64,000 nucleotides of DNA, from positions 5,630-69,629 of the forward strand of contig LSNS01000019.1 of assembly GCA_003056205.1 (NCBI GenBank). Direction: 5' to 3'. The DNA is from Parcubacteria group bacterium M6-OD1-4 (GTDB lineage Bacteria > Patescibacteriota > Patescibacteriia > Patescibacteriales > UBA12465). Within the stretch, counting starts at the first letter, position 1. Each line of letters opens with the position of its first letter. The notes below the pieces were generated by a model that was not told the origin of the DNA, searched no databases, and saw only the letters and a list, made by a program, of their open reading frames with translations. Positions 47,867-57,923 of the stretch are shown here, one piece after another. Made by a program: the position numbers and the translations under genes.

Positions 47867-49003
47867 ATGAGAATGAATAACAAAATTATCAAAATTTTTT
47901 TATTTTTAATTATCGCTTTTTCCCCTTTACTCGCTGTTCACGCTAGTTCTTTTGCAACCGCCAATTCAGTTGTTTTGAAAAAAAATCAAATTATTGCTGG
48001 AAGTTATTACGTCAGCGGACAAAACGTTGTTATTAATGGAAGGGTTAGCGGTGATTTAGTAGTAATTGCTAAAAGTTTAACAATTAATAACTCGGTTGGT
48101 GGCGATCTGATTGCTCTAGCTCAAAAGATTAATATTAATGCTCCAATACGAGGAAATGTGCGGGTTATTAGCGATAATCTAACGATTAATAATATCGTTG
48201 CTCGTAATGTTGATGCTCTCGCCAATAAAATAACCTTTAACTCTAATACTCATATTGGTTGGGACGCCTATCTGCTTGGGCAAGACTTAGACATGCAAGG
48301 AATATTGAAAGGAAATTTAACTGGTCGTTTTCAACAAGCAATAATTTCTGGGAAAATTGGTAAAAATCTTAAGTTAAAATTAGACACTGAAGAAAATCAA
48401 AACAACTTAATAATTAGTCCGCAAGCGATTATTAAAGGTAATGTTATCTATACTTCACGAAAAACTGCCAATATTTCTAAACAAGCAACTATTTTAGGTG
48501 AAATACAAAAAAAAATACCAACTAAAGAAAAAGGTAATTTTTGGCTCATTTGGTTATGGACAGAAATTCTGGCCATTTTCTCCGCTTTAATTGTTGGCTT
48601 AGTATTAATTTTTGTAGCTAAAGATTTTATTCCCAAAATTTTTAATGAAATCCAAAAAAATCCTGTTAAAAAGAGCCTGTCAGGATTAGTTCTACTAATT
48701 GCTTTGCCGATAACCGCTTTAATTTTAACAATTACTTTAATTGGTATTCCACTCGCTTTAATTATTGTTGCTTTTTGGTTGATAGCTGTTTATTTGGCAA
48801 AAATATTAATTGCGATTTTAATTGGACAAATTATAATTAAAAATTTAATTAAAAAACCTAACCCCTCACTATTCTGGCCATTAGTTGTCGGGGTAATTAT
48901 TAGCTACTTATTATTCTCCATTACAATTATCGGTTGGATATTAGCTTTAATTGCTGTTTGTTTAGTCTGGGGTAATATTTGGACATATGTTAACAATAAA
49001 TAA
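47867..49003 (+). CDS. membrane protein with bactofilin-like beta-helical repeat N-domain and polytopic C-domain
   Basis: 378 aa. Signal peptide, repeats of the type VSGDLVVIAKSLTINNSVGGDLIALAQKININAPIRGNV, then about 4 TM helices. Confidence 0.4.
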   Translation: MRMNNKIIKIFLFLIIAFSPLLAVHASSFATANSVVLKKNQIIAGSYYVSGQNVVINGRVSGDLVVIAKSLTINNSVGGDLIALAQKININAPIRGNVRVISDNLTINNIVARNVDALANKITFNSNTHIGWDAYLLGQDLDMQGILKGNLTGRFQQAIISGKIGKNLKLKLDTEENQNNLIISPQAIIKGNVIYTSRKTANISKQATILGEIQKKIPTKEKGNFWLIWLWTEILAIFSALIVGLVLIFVAKDFIPKIFNEIQKNPVKKSLSGLVLLIALPITALILTITLIGIPLALIIVAFWLIAVYLAKILIAILIGQIIIKNLIKKPNPSLFWPLVVGVIISYLLFSITIIGWILALIAVCLVWGNIWTYVNNK

Positions 49004-50360
49004 GAAGATTTTTAAAGCCTATGATATCCGAGGGGTTTATAATCAAGATTTTGATGATGAATTCGCCTACTTATTAGGACTCGCTTACGTGGAACTACGA
49101 AAGACTGATGCTGATTATCAAATTAATAATAAATTACAAATTGGTGTCGCTAGCGATATGCGACTTTCTTCACCACAGTTAAAAGCTAAGCTTCTTCAAG
49201 GTTTAACTGCAGCAGGCGTAGAAGCTATTGATTTAGGAATTATTTCTACCCCTACTTTTTATTTTGCTATCGGTCATTATAATTATGGTGGGGGAATTAT
49301 GATTTCTGCCTCACATAATCCTAAAGAGTGGAATGGATTTAAATTAGTTCGTCCTCGCGGAGTGCCTATTAGTGGAGAAACTGGAATAGATTTTCTTAAA
49401 GAAAAAATTCTTAAAAATTCTCTTACACCCGCTGCTCACCCTGGAAAAATAATTAAAAACGAACAAGCCCTAGAAGATGAACTCGCCAACACTTTACAAG
49501 CAGTTAATCTCCAACAAATAAAAAATTTTAAAATTGTGGCAGATGCTGCTAATGGCATGGGATCAACTTATTTAAGTCCCTTATTATCCAAGTTACCAGG
49601 AAAATTTATTCCTGTAAATTTTAACCTAGATGGCTCATTTCCTGTTCATGAGGCCAATCCTTCAAAAGAAGAAAATCTTCAAGAAATAAAAAAGGAAGTT
49701 CAAAAACAAGGAGCTGATCTCGGTATTACCACTGATGGCGATGGTGATCGCATCTTTTTTATAGACAATAATGGCCAAACAATTAATCCCGCTATTATTC
49801 GTGGCCTTTTGGCAAAAGTTTTTCTCAAGGATCGACCAGGGTCAAAAATTGGTTATGATGTTCGTCCAGGAAAAATTACCACCGATTTAATTCTGGAAAA
49901 TGGCGGTCAAGCAGTAATGACTCGTGTCGGACACTCTTTAATTAAGGAACAAATGTTAAAAGAAAATATTTATTTTGCTGGTGAATCTTCGGGGCATTTT
50001 TATTTACAAGGGACAGCGGGTTGCTTTGAATATCCGGGAATAATGATTCTAAAATTATTAAGTTTGTTTTCTACCGCCCCGGGAACTATTGCGGACTATA
50101 TTAAACCTGATAATAAATATTTTTCTTCGGGAGAAATTAACCGACCAGTTAATGATACCGAAACTATTTTTCAAAAAATTAAAACAAAATATGCTAATGG
50201 TAAAATCACAGAATTAGATGGAATTTCTGTTAATTATCCTGATTTTTGGTTTAATGTTCGAGCCTCCAATACCGAACCACTAATTCGTTTAAATTTAGAA
50301 GCCACCAGTGAAAAAATAATGGCTGAAAAAAGGGATGAGGTTCTGGCTTTAATGAAATAA
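48987..50360 (+). CDS. phosphomannomutase/phosphoglucomutase (second phosphohexomutase paralogue)
   Basis: 457 aa. SASHNP, DGDGDR and GESSGH motifs. Overlaps the upstream gene by 17 nt. Confidence 0.85.
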   Translation: MLTINKKIFKAYDIRGVYNQDFDDEFAYLLGLAYVELRKTDADYQINNKLQIGVASDMRLSSPQLKAKLLQGLTAAGVEAIDLGIISTPTFYFAIGHYNYGGGIMISASHNPKEWNGFKLVRPRGVPISGETGIDFLKEKILKNSLTPAAHPGKIIKNEQALEDELANTLQAVNLQQIKNFKIVADAANGMGSTYLSPLLSKLPGKFIPVNFNLDGSFPVHEANPSKEENLQEIKKEVQKQGADLGITTDGDGDRIFFIDNNGQTINPAIIRGLLAKVFLKDRPGSKIGYDVRPGKITTDLILENGGQAVMTRVGHSLIKEQMLKENIYFAGESSGHFYLQGTAGCFEYPGIMILKLLSLFSTAPGTIADYIKPDNKYFSSGEINRPVNDTETIFQKIKTKYANGKITELDGISVNYPDFWFNVRASNTEPLIRLNLEATSEKIMAEKRDEVLALMK

Positions 50361-50375
50361 AAAATTTAGAAACTT

Positions 50376-50406
50376 AAAAAGACTTTCAACCTTGAAAGTC
50401 TTTTTT
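50376..50406. terminator. bidirectional intrinsic terminator
   Basis: AAAAA-GACTTTCAA-CC-TTGAAAGTC-TTTTTT between convergent genes. Confidence 0.75.
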
Positions 50407-50453
50407 AGATAAGCAAAATAAAGAATAAAATCAATAATATTTTAAAACCTCAG

Positions 50454-50723
50454 TTATTTTCGTTCAACGACAATAGTACATTTACTTATTAGGGCGGCTA
50501 AGGCGCCAACTGCTGCTAAAATTGGGGCAAAAACCGTTCCGACGACCACAAAAGTAACAGGAATTTCCAACATTACCTTTCCTTTTTCATTCTTAATAAT
50601 AATCCGACGGACATTGCCCTCTTTAATTAATTCTGTAACTTTCTTTAAAACTTCATGACCATAAACTTTAAATTGTTCTTGCTTAAACTTTTTTGAGGAA
50701 GTAGTTTTTGTTGTTGGAGACAT
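50454..50723 (-). CDS. DUF4342-like small protein
   Basis: 89 aa. EGNVRRIIIKNEKGKVMLEIPVT followed by a hydrophobic segment, as in DUF4342 proteins (recalled family pattern). Confidence 0.5.
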   Translation of the reverse strand: MSPTTKTTSSKKFKQEQFKVYGHEVLKKVTELIKEGNVRRIIIKNEKGKVMLEIPVTFVVVGTVFAPILAAVGALAALISKCTIVVERK

Positions 50724-50776
50724 AAATTTAAAATTAATTTATTACTTTCTTAGTATACCATTTATTACTAAATAAT

Positions 50777-52453
50777 TTAACTATTTAATTTTAGATGATA
50801 AGCTTTTTTAATATATTCTTTTAAGGCCCGATCAGTATTAAAATAGGAAGCATTTAAACTAATAGCAAAACGCATAAATTTTCGCCAAGTTTCTTGATCT
50901 TGATAATAAGTTGGTAAAATTTCTGTTTCTAATAAATCGTAAATATTACTAGATGTTGCTTTATCATTTTTAATATTTTTTTCAATAATTGCCCAACCAG
51001 TTTTATGTTTATGATAGGCTTCGGGCCACCAACCATCTAGGGTGCTTAATTGGGGAACACCATTATGAGCAGCTTTCATGCCACTTGTTCCTGAAGCTTC
51101 ATTGGGGGGGAGCGGAGTGTTTAACCAAAGGTCTACTCCGGGAATTAATAGTTGCGCTAAATCTAAATCATAATTTTCTAAAAAAACTATTTTTATTTTA
51201 TCTTGCAGTTCTTCCTTAAATTGATAAATCTTTTTAATTAATCCTTTTCCCTTTAGATCGTGAGAATGAGCTTTCCCAGCATAAATAATCTGAAACGGAC
51301 CACTATGTTTTTGCACAGCTAAAAGGCGTTTAATATTATAAAATAAAAAGTCCGGTCTTTTATAGGAAGAAAAACGACGAGCAAAACCAATAGTAAAAAC
51401 ATCATTGCTAAACTTAGTTGAAGAGCGTTGATTAACGGTTTCAATTAAGCGCCGTTTGGCTTCACGATGAGCAGTCCAAATTTCTATCGTCGGTAAACAA
51501 TCGGCCTGGGCTAGTTGAGAATTATCAAGTCGCCATTTCGGTAAATATTTGTCATATAGTTTTTTAAATTCTGGGCTGGTCCAAGTCAGAGAATTAACTC
51601 CATTGGTAATAGCCCCAATTTGATAAATCGGAAAAGTCTTTTGGGTAACTTGTTGATGTAATTTAGAAACGGCATTAGTATAGGAACTAAAATATAAACC
51701 AACAATAGTTAAATTAACTTGCCCCTCGTCAATAATTCCCTCTAAATAATCAGGAAAATCTCGTTGATATTTCTTCAAATAATCAAGTGGAAAAACATCT
51801 TGTTCTTTTTTAAGTGGGGTATGGGTAGTAAAGACAATCTGCTGACGAACTTCTGCTGTTTTTTCTTTAGTCGTTAATTTTTTAGAATTTAAAAATAATT
51901 CAATCGCCGCTAAAGCACCGTGCCCTTCATTAAGGTGAAATTTTTTAATATTATGATAGCCTAAGGCTTTCACCATTTTAACCCCAGCGCGCCCTAAAAC
52001 TATTTCTTGTTGCAGACGATATTCTAAATTACCACCATAAAGTTGACCACTTAAATCACGAATTTGACGACTATTCTCTGATAAATCAGTATCTAATAAA
52101 TAGATAGGAATAGAAAATCCCTGCTGACCTTTAATTATATATTTCCAAACACCAACCAAAATTTCTTCATCATTAATATTTACCGTAACTTGTGTAGAAA
52201 GTTTTTCTAACTTGGAAAAATTAAAAGTGGTTTCCGGTTGAATAATTTCTTCACCATCGGAGCTAATGCTTTGCTTAAAATACCCCTGACGATTGAGAAG
52301 GGTAATTCCTAAAATTGGAAAATCTAAATTAGCAGCTGATTTTAATAAATCTCCAGCAAGAACCCCTAGACCGCCCGCATAAGTTTCTAAGTCGTTTTCC
52401 AACGCAATTTCCATGCTAAAATAAGCTACTAAAAACTTATTTTTATTTAACAT
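50777..52453 (-). CDS. glgP: alpha-glucan (glycogen/maltodextrin) phosphorylase, GT35
   Basis: AYFSMEIALENDLETYAGGLGVLAGD N-terminus and EASGTSGMKAA pyridoxal-phosphate site. The ORF-track start (52525) overlaps tRNA-His; ATG 52453 preferred. Confidence 0.88.
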   Translation of the reverse strand: MLNKNKFLVAYFSMEIALENDLETYAGGLGVLAGDLLKSAANLDFPILGITLLNRQGYFKQSISSDGEEIIQPETTFNFSKLEKLSTQVTVNINDEEILVGVWKYIIKGQQGFSIPIYLLDTDLSENSRQIRDLSGQLYGGNLEYRLQQEIVLGRAGVKMVKALGYHNIKKFHLNEGHGALAAIELFLNSKKLTTKEKTAEVRQQIVFTTHTPLKKEQDVFPLDYLKKYQRDFPDYLEGIIDEGQVNLTIVGLYFSSYTNAVSKLHQQVTQKTFPIYQIGAITNGVNSLTWTSPEFKKLYDKYLPKWRLDNSQLAQADCLPTIEIWTAHREAKRRLIETVNQRSSTKFSNDVFTIGFARRFSSYKRPDFLFYNIKRLLAVQKHSGPFQIIYAGKAHSHDLKGKGLIKKIYQFKEELQDKIKIVFLENYDLDLAQLLIPGVDLWLNTPLPPNEASGTSGMKAAHNGVPQLSTLDGWWPEAYHKHKTGWAIIEKNIKNDKATSSNIYDLLETEILPTYYQDQETWRKFMRFAISLNASYFNTDRALKEYIKKAYHLKLNS

Positions 52454-52468
52454 AGTTTTTAATATTAG

Positions 52469-52540
52469 GGTGCCTACTGGGAATCGAACCCAGGCTAACG
52501 GGACCACAACCCACCGTTCTACCATTAAACTATAGGCACC
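52469..52540 (-). tRNA. tRNA-His (anticodon GTG) with encoded G-1
   Basis: Reverse complement GGTGCCTATAGTTTAATGGTAGAACGGTGGGTTGTGGTCCCGTTAGCCTGGGTTCGATTCCCAGTAGGCACC, loop TTGTGGT. The extra 5' G pairs with C73. Confidence 0.85.
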
Positions 52541-52563
52541 ATATTGGTTTCTATTTAGAAACG

Positions 52564-52635
52564 TACGCCCGGGGGGAGTCGAACCCTCGTCTGGAGCTTA
52601 GAAGGCTCTCGTTCTATCCGTTGAACTACGGGCGC
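52564..52635 (-). tRNA. tRNA-Arg (anticodon TCT)
   Basis: Reverse complement GCGCCCGTAGTTCAACGGATAGAACGAGAGCCTTCTAAGCTCCAGACGAGGGTTCGACTCCCCCCGGGCGTA, loop CTTCTAA. Confidence 0.85.
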
Positions 52636-52725
52636 AAAATAAATTATACTAATTTAGTAATAATTTTAGCTTAATATTAATAAAAAGAATAATAATTGTC
52701 AAACTTAACAAAAAATTATTTTCTA

Positions 52726-53523
52726 CTATTTTTCAATATTTTTCTGCCTTAAAGCTTCAAATAGAATAATTGCTGCGGCCACTGAAACATTTAAAGAATC
52801 CATCTGGGACAACATCGGAATCTTAATTAATTGATCAGCACTTTTAAGCCACTGAAGGCTAAGCCCTTGAGCTTCGGAACCTAAAACTAAGGCTATTTTC
52901 CCTCTTAAATCAACTTGGGTATAGTTTTTAGCTTGGCTCGTGCTTGCTCCAAAACTTTTAATTTTATTTTCTTTCAACCAAGCTATGGTCTCGGTTACCG
53001 AAGCGCTAATTAAGGTTTGTTTAAAAATATATCCTTCGCTGGCGCGAATAGTGTTAGGATTATAAATATCAGTTTGATGGTCATTAATAATAATTGCTGA
53101 GACACCACCAGCAACCGCGGTGCGAATAATTGCTCCTAAATTACCGGGTTTTTCAACGTTTTCTAAAACTAGAATTATAAGATTGCTATTAAGCTTAATG
53201 TCAGTTAAAGAATAATATCGGGGATGAACAGTTGCTAACAATCCGTCGGCTTTTTGTTTGTAGCAAACTTTATTAAAAACTGCTTTAGAAAGTTTAATAA
53301 TTTTGTCTGGAGCTAATTCTGGGAGTTCTTTAATTTTATTTTTATTATCCAAATCTGGACAATAAAACAACTGAACAAGTTGATAATTATTTTGGAGGGC
53401 CAACTGGATTTCACGATAACCATCAATAATAATTAAATTTTGTTCTTTTCGATAGCGTGCTTTAGTTAGTTTTAATAAATTTTTAATAATTGGGTTATTA
53501 AAACTACTAATATTTTTTATCAT
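52726..53523 (-). CDS. TrmH/SpoU-family RNA 2'-O-methyltransferase
   Basis: SPOUT motifs LVLENVEKPGNLGAIIRTA, LVLGSEAQGL, IPMLSQMDSLNVSVAAAI. The ORF-track start at 53541 is TTG; ATG 53523 preferred. Confidence 0.8.
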   Translation of the reverse strand: MIKNISSFNNPIIKNLLKLTKARYRKEQNLIIIDGYREIQLALQNNYQLVQLFYCPDLDNKNKIKELPELAPDKIIKLSKAVFNKVCYKQKADGLLATVHPRYYSLTDIKLNSNLIILVLENVEKPGNLGAIIRTAVAGGVSAIIINDHQTDIYNPNTIRASEGYIFKQTLISASVTETIAWLKENKIKSFGASTSQAKNYTQVDLRGKIALVLGSEAQGLSLQWLKSADQLIKIPMLSQMDSLNVSVAAAIILFEALRQKNIEK

Positions 53524-53628
53524 ATTTTTGAATCTAAACAACTTTATTATATACTAATTAAGCAAAATATTAAAATTCAAGAATAATTTTAATTATGTTA
53601 TAATAATGAATATCTAAATAATTATTTT

Positions 53629-56514
53629 ATGACTATTCCTGGTTTACAAAAAAAATCTTCTAGCTCTTGGCGTAATTATCAAACGACACGATCCTCTCGA
53701 CCAATAATAAAGAAAAAAAACTCAAAATCCAAAAAAAAGAATTTCTTCAAAAGAAAATTGGTTTTGTTTATTATATTTTTAGGAATAGCGGGGGCACTTT
53801 CTGTTCTTGTTTATATTGCTCAGGTTTCGCAAGGACTTCCTAATCCCAATCAATTAATTAAACGTAATATTGCCCAAAGTACAAAAATATATGATCGAAC
53901 TGGTAAACATCTCCTGTATGAGATAAGCGGAAATCAAAGAAGAACTCTGGTTAAATTGAAGGATATTCCAACTTATTTAAAAGAAGCCACGATTGCTATT
54001 GAAGATAAAAATTTTTATAAACATGGTGGTTTTAGTTTTTGGTCAATATTCCGAACGGCGATTACTGACGTTATTTTTCATCGTAGTGCTGGCGGTTCAA
54101 CTCTCACTCAACAGTTCGTTAAAAACGCCATTCTCAGCCCCCAGAAGACAATCTCTCGTAAGGTACGCGAAATCATTTTGGCCTATCGCTTAGAACAAAA
54201 ATTTTCTAAGAATGATATTTTACAAATGTATTTAAATGAAATTCCTTATGGTTCTAATGCTTACGGAGTTGAGGCGGCAAGCCAAAACTACTTTGGAAAA
54301 TCAGTAAAAGATCTTAATTTACCAGAATCAGCAATTTTGGCCGCTATTGTTCAGATGCCTAGCTATTATTCCCCTTATGGTCCTCATAAAGATTTATTAC
54401 TAGAACGGAAAAATTATGTTTTAGATTTAATGGCTCAACAGGGTTATATTTCTAAAGCTGAACGAGATGCTGCTCAAAAAGAAAAGATTAAATTTAAAAA
54501 ACCAGGTACAAATATCGTTGCGCCACATTTTGTAATGTATGTTAAAAGTTTACTAGCAAAAAAATATGGTGAACAAATGATTGAACAAGGAGGATTAAAA
54601 ATCTATACTACTTTAGATTTTAAAATGCAAAAAATTGCTCAAGAAGCTATTACCACAGTGACAAAAAACTATCCAAAAGATTTTAACGCTAACAATGCAG
54701 CGTTAGTAGCTATTAATCCTAAAAATGGACAAATACTGGCCATGATTGGTTCACGTGATTATTTTAATGATGCTATTGATGGTCAATTTAATGTCGCTAC
54801 TAGTCCTCGTCAACCCGGATCATCAATTAAACCAATTGTTTATGCGGCTTTATTTGAAAAAGGTTATACTCCTAATACAATTCTCTATGATGTAAATACT
54901 AATTTTTCAACTAATCCTAAAAAACCCTACAAACCGACCGACTACGATTTAAAACAACGTGGTCCAGTTACTATTCGCCAAGCCCTAGCTGGTTCTCTTA
55001 ATATTCCAGCGGTGAAAACAATGTATTTAGCAGGTATAAATAACGTGTTAAATTTAGCTGATAGCTTGGGTTACACTACTCTTCGTCCTCGTAGTCGTTT
55101 TGGCTTGTCTTTTGTTTTGGGAGGTGCTGAAGTTGAATTATTACAACACGTTAATGCTTACAGCGCTTTAGCTAATGATGGATTAATTAGCCCAATTGTT
55201 AGTATTTTGAAAATAGAAAACAGCCAAGGAAAAATCATTGAACAGTATCATCCTTCTAATAAAAAAGTTCTTGATTCACAAGTTGTGAGAATGGTTGATA
55301 GTATTTTAATAGATAATAATGCTCGAGCTTTTATTTTTGGAATACACAATTTTCTTAATCTTGGAAAACGTCCAGTTGCTGCTAAAACTGGAACTACTAA
55401 TGACTTTCGTGACGCCTGGACGGTTGGTTTTACCCCCTCTTTAGTTGCTGGAGTTTGGGTGGGAAATAGCAATAACAAACCAATGTATCGTGGAGCTGAG
55501 GGGGCAACTGTGGCTGCTCCTATTTGGCATTATTTTATGAAAAATGTTTTAAAAAATACACCAATTCAAACTTTTCCAGCCCCCAAGGATTACAAAACCG
55601 GTAAGGCAATTATTGATGGGAAATTACCACCAAAAATAATAAAAATAGATCGTAGCTCCGGCTTATTAGCAACAAGCTCTACGCCACCTTCATTAATTGT
55701 TGAAAAAAAGATACCAATTTATCATTCTATTTTATATTATGTTAATAGAAATAACCCCTTGGGCCCAGCGCCAAAGGATCCGGCAATTGATCCTCAATAT
55801 AATTCTTGGGAAAAAGCAGTACAAACCTGGGTTATTAAAAATGCTAGTTCCTCTCCATTATTAGCTAGTTCTAGTCTGCCTACAACTTATGATAAATTAC
55901 ATAATCAAAAAAACAAACCTCTGATTAAAATTATTTCTCCTCTTTCTAAACAAAACTTAAATACTGCCAATTTAGAAGTACAAATAATAGCAACCGCTCC
56001 TCGTGGTATTAATCGTACTGAATATTTTATTAATAATAATTTATGGCAAACTCGTTGGGGGGTTCCCGTTTCCTTCACATCACCAATTAATTTTTTAAGT
56101 AATGGCTATCAAACTCTTAGTGTAAAAACTTGTGATGATGTTGAAAATTGTTCTTGGGCAACGGTTAATTTTAATTTACTAATAAAAAACAACCCCCAGC
56201 TTCCTCAAAAAAACACTATTCGTCTTATTAGCCCTTCTTCTGGTTTATCTGCTCGAACAATTGATTTCCCCTTAAATATTAAATTACAAGTTAGTAATCC
56301 AACACGTATTGCAACTATTAATATTATTAGTAAAAATACCAAGACTAATACTTCAACGGTCTTAGATACTATTAGCTACCTAACAAAAAACACTATTCAA
56401 AGTGTTTGGTTAAAGGCTCCAGAACCAGGAAGCTATGTACTCTATGCCGAATTACATGCTTGGAATGGTAATTTAATTAAGAGTAATAACTCACAAATAT
56501 TAGTTAATAAATAA
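53629..56514 (+). CDS. class A penicillin-binding protein (glycosyltransferase + transpeptidase) with long C-terminal extension
   Basis: 961 aa. GT51 motifs EDKNFYKHGG and GGSTLTQQ. TPase motifs SSIKP, SLN, KTGTT. About 250 aa of beta-rich C-terminal region. Confidence 0.9.
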   Translation: MTIPGLQKKSSSSWRNYQTTRSSRPIIKKKNSKSKKKNFFKRKLVLFIIFLGIAGALSVLVYIAQVSQGLPNPNQLIKRNIAQSTKIYDRTGKHLLYEISGNQRRTLVKLKDIPTYLKEATIAIEDKNFYKHGGFSFWSIFRTAITDVIFHRSAGGSTLTQQFVKNAILSPQKTISRKVREIILAYRLEQKFSKNDILQMYLNEIPYGSNAYGVEAASQNYFGKSVKDLNLPESAILAAIVQMPSYYSPYGPHKDLLLERKNYVLDLMAQQGYISKAERDAAQKEKIKFKKPGTNIVAPHFVMYVKSLLAKKYGEQMIEQGGLKIYTTLDFKMQKIAQEAITTVTKNYPKDFNANNAALVAINPKNGQILAMIGSRDYFNDAIDGQFNVATSPRQPGSSIKPIVYAALFEKGYTPNTILYDVNTNFSTNPKKPYKPTDYDLKQRGPVTIRQALAGSLNIPAVKTMYLAGINNVLNLADSLGYTTLRPRSRFGLSFVLGGAEVELLQHVNAYSALANDGLISPIVSILKIENSQGKIIEQYHPSNKKVLDSQVVRMVDSILIDNNARAFIFGIHNFLNLGKRPVAAKTGTTNDFRDAWTVGFTPSLVAGVWVGNSNNKPMYRGAEGATVAAPIWHYFMKNVLKNTPIQTFPAPKDYKTGKAIIDGKLPPKIIKIDRSSGLLATSSTPPSLIVEKKIPIYHSILYYVNRNNPLGPAPKDPAIDPQYNSWEKAVQTWVIKNASSSPLLASSSLPTTYDKLHNQKNKPLIKIISPLSKQNLNTANLEVQIIATAPRGINRTEYFINNNLWQTRWGVPVSFTSPINFLSNGYQTLSVKTCDDVENCSWATVNFNLLIKNNPQLPQKNTIRLISPSSGLSARTIDFPLNIKLQVSNPTRIATINIISKNTKTNTSTVLDTISYLTKNTIQSVWLKAPEPGSYVLYAELHAWNGNLIKSNNSQILVNK

Positions 56515-56517
56515 TTT

Positions 56518-57657
56518 TTATTGTCTAATTGGCATAATAATATATAAATAACTATCATCTTGCTCTGGTTTTAAAAGGCAGGGGGTGTTGTTGTTTAAAA
56601 TTTCAATATTAATTAAGTCGCCACTAATATTATTTAAACCATCAATTAAATAACGATAGTTAATTGTAATTTCATTATCATGCCCATCAATTTTAGCTTC
56701 TAACTCTATTCTACTTTCTCCACTCGCCCCAGAAAATGCTGAAACAATAATTTTGTCTTTTAAGAATTGTAAATTAACATCATTAATTCCTGTTTTGGAA
56801 AAAAGAGCCGCAGCCTTTACTGCCCGTAACAATTCTAAGCGCTTAACCTTTATTTTAGTTTCATTCTTAACCGGTATAATTTGTTTATAATCTGGATAAT
56901 GTCCATTAATAAGCCGAGAAATTAATTGAACAGAATCAACAATAAATAAAATTTGGTTTTCCGCTAAACAAATTTTAACCTGATAATCACCATCCAATAT
57001 AGTTTCATTAAGATTACTAAAAACTCTTAACAATTCTTGAACTGTTTTAGCGGGAACAATAATAGATTGCTCGTCATTTGTTTCTTGATTTTCAATATTA
57101 ACACCTTTAATTTCAACCTGTTTTTCTGCCAAACGATAACTATCAGTGGCCGCCAAACTAAGTTTATTTTCATTAAAAGAAAATAAAACTCCAGTTAACT
57201 CTACCCTGTTTTCACTAGAGGAAACAGAAAAAACAACACTGTTCAAGGCTTTTTTTAAATTCTCAAGATCACAAGTATAATAATGTTCTTGAGAAATAAC
57301 TGGAATTAAGGGAAATTCTTTAGCAGACTCTCCTTTAATTTTTGTTTTATATTTTCCACTTTCTACTAAAAGTTGTTCCTCTTTTTTTTCTAAACTAACC
57401 TTCCCGCCCTCACTTAATAAATTAACATATTCCGTAATTAATTTAGAATCAACCGCAAACTCTCCGTCATGATTAATTTTGCCCCTTAATTTATAAACCA
57501 TTCCAATTTCTAAATTAGTACTAATCAGTTCAATATTTCCCTTATCAACCTTTATTAAAATATTATTAAGAATTGGTAAATTAATATTTTTAGTAGTAAT
57601 ATGTCCAACAATATTTAAACCTCTTTTTAAGTTTTCTTGTAGACTAATAAAATTCAT
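56518..57657 (-). CDS. dnaN: DNA polymerase III beta sliding clamp
   Basis: 379 aa, three-domain clamp pattern, ends ...YIIMPIRQ. Immediately downstream of dnaA. Confidence 0.9.
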   Translation of the reverse strand: MNFISLQENLKRGLNIVGHITTKNINLPILNNILIKVDKGNIELISTNLEIGMVYKLRGKINHDGEFAVDSKLITEYVNLLSEGGKVSLEKKEEQLLVESGKYKTKIKGESAKEFPLIPVISQEHYYTCDLENLKKALNSVVFSVSSSENRVELTGVLFSFNENKLSLAATDSYRLAEKQVEIKGVNIENQETNDEQSIIVPAKTVQELLRVFSNLNETILDGDYQVKICLAENQILFIVDSVQLISRLINGHYPDYKQIIPVKNETKIKVKRLELLRAVKAAALFSKTGINDVNLQFLKDKIIVSAFSGASGESRIELEAKIDGHDNEITINYRYLIDGLNNISGDLINIEILNNNTPCLLKPEQDDSYLYIIMPIRQ

Positions 57658-57923
57658 ATAGTTGATTGCTTATTATACTATTAATTAATATATATAAAAC
57701 AATAATAACAATAAGGGAGTGGATAATTTTTATGTTTTTATATTTTCTTAATTATTAATTGGGCTTAATGGCGTTTTTGGCTGTTAACAGTTACTAAGAA
57801 AAGGTGTTAATTATTTTTTAAAACTTGTTAATAAGTCTTAAGCAGTTTAAATTATTCACAAGTTTTCAAACTTTCTTCACCAAAAAATAAACAACTAATT
57901 AACAGGATAATAATAAAAAATTT
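57658..57923. other. putative oriC segment (dnaA-dnaN spacer with DnaA-box-like 9-mers)
   Basis: Very AT-rich. Contains AGTGGATAA (57718-57726, reverse complement TTATCCACT), TTATTCACA (57852-57860), ACAGGATAA (57902-57910) and TGTTAAT(A/T)A repeats (57805, 57826). Confidence 0.55.

Noticed and set aside
52454-52525. N-terminal 24 codons of the glgP ORF (MVERWVVVPLAWVRFPVGTLILKT).
   Set aside because: This stretch is the antisense reading of tRNA-His (52469..52540). The conserved phosphorylase N-terminus starts at the ATG at 52453.
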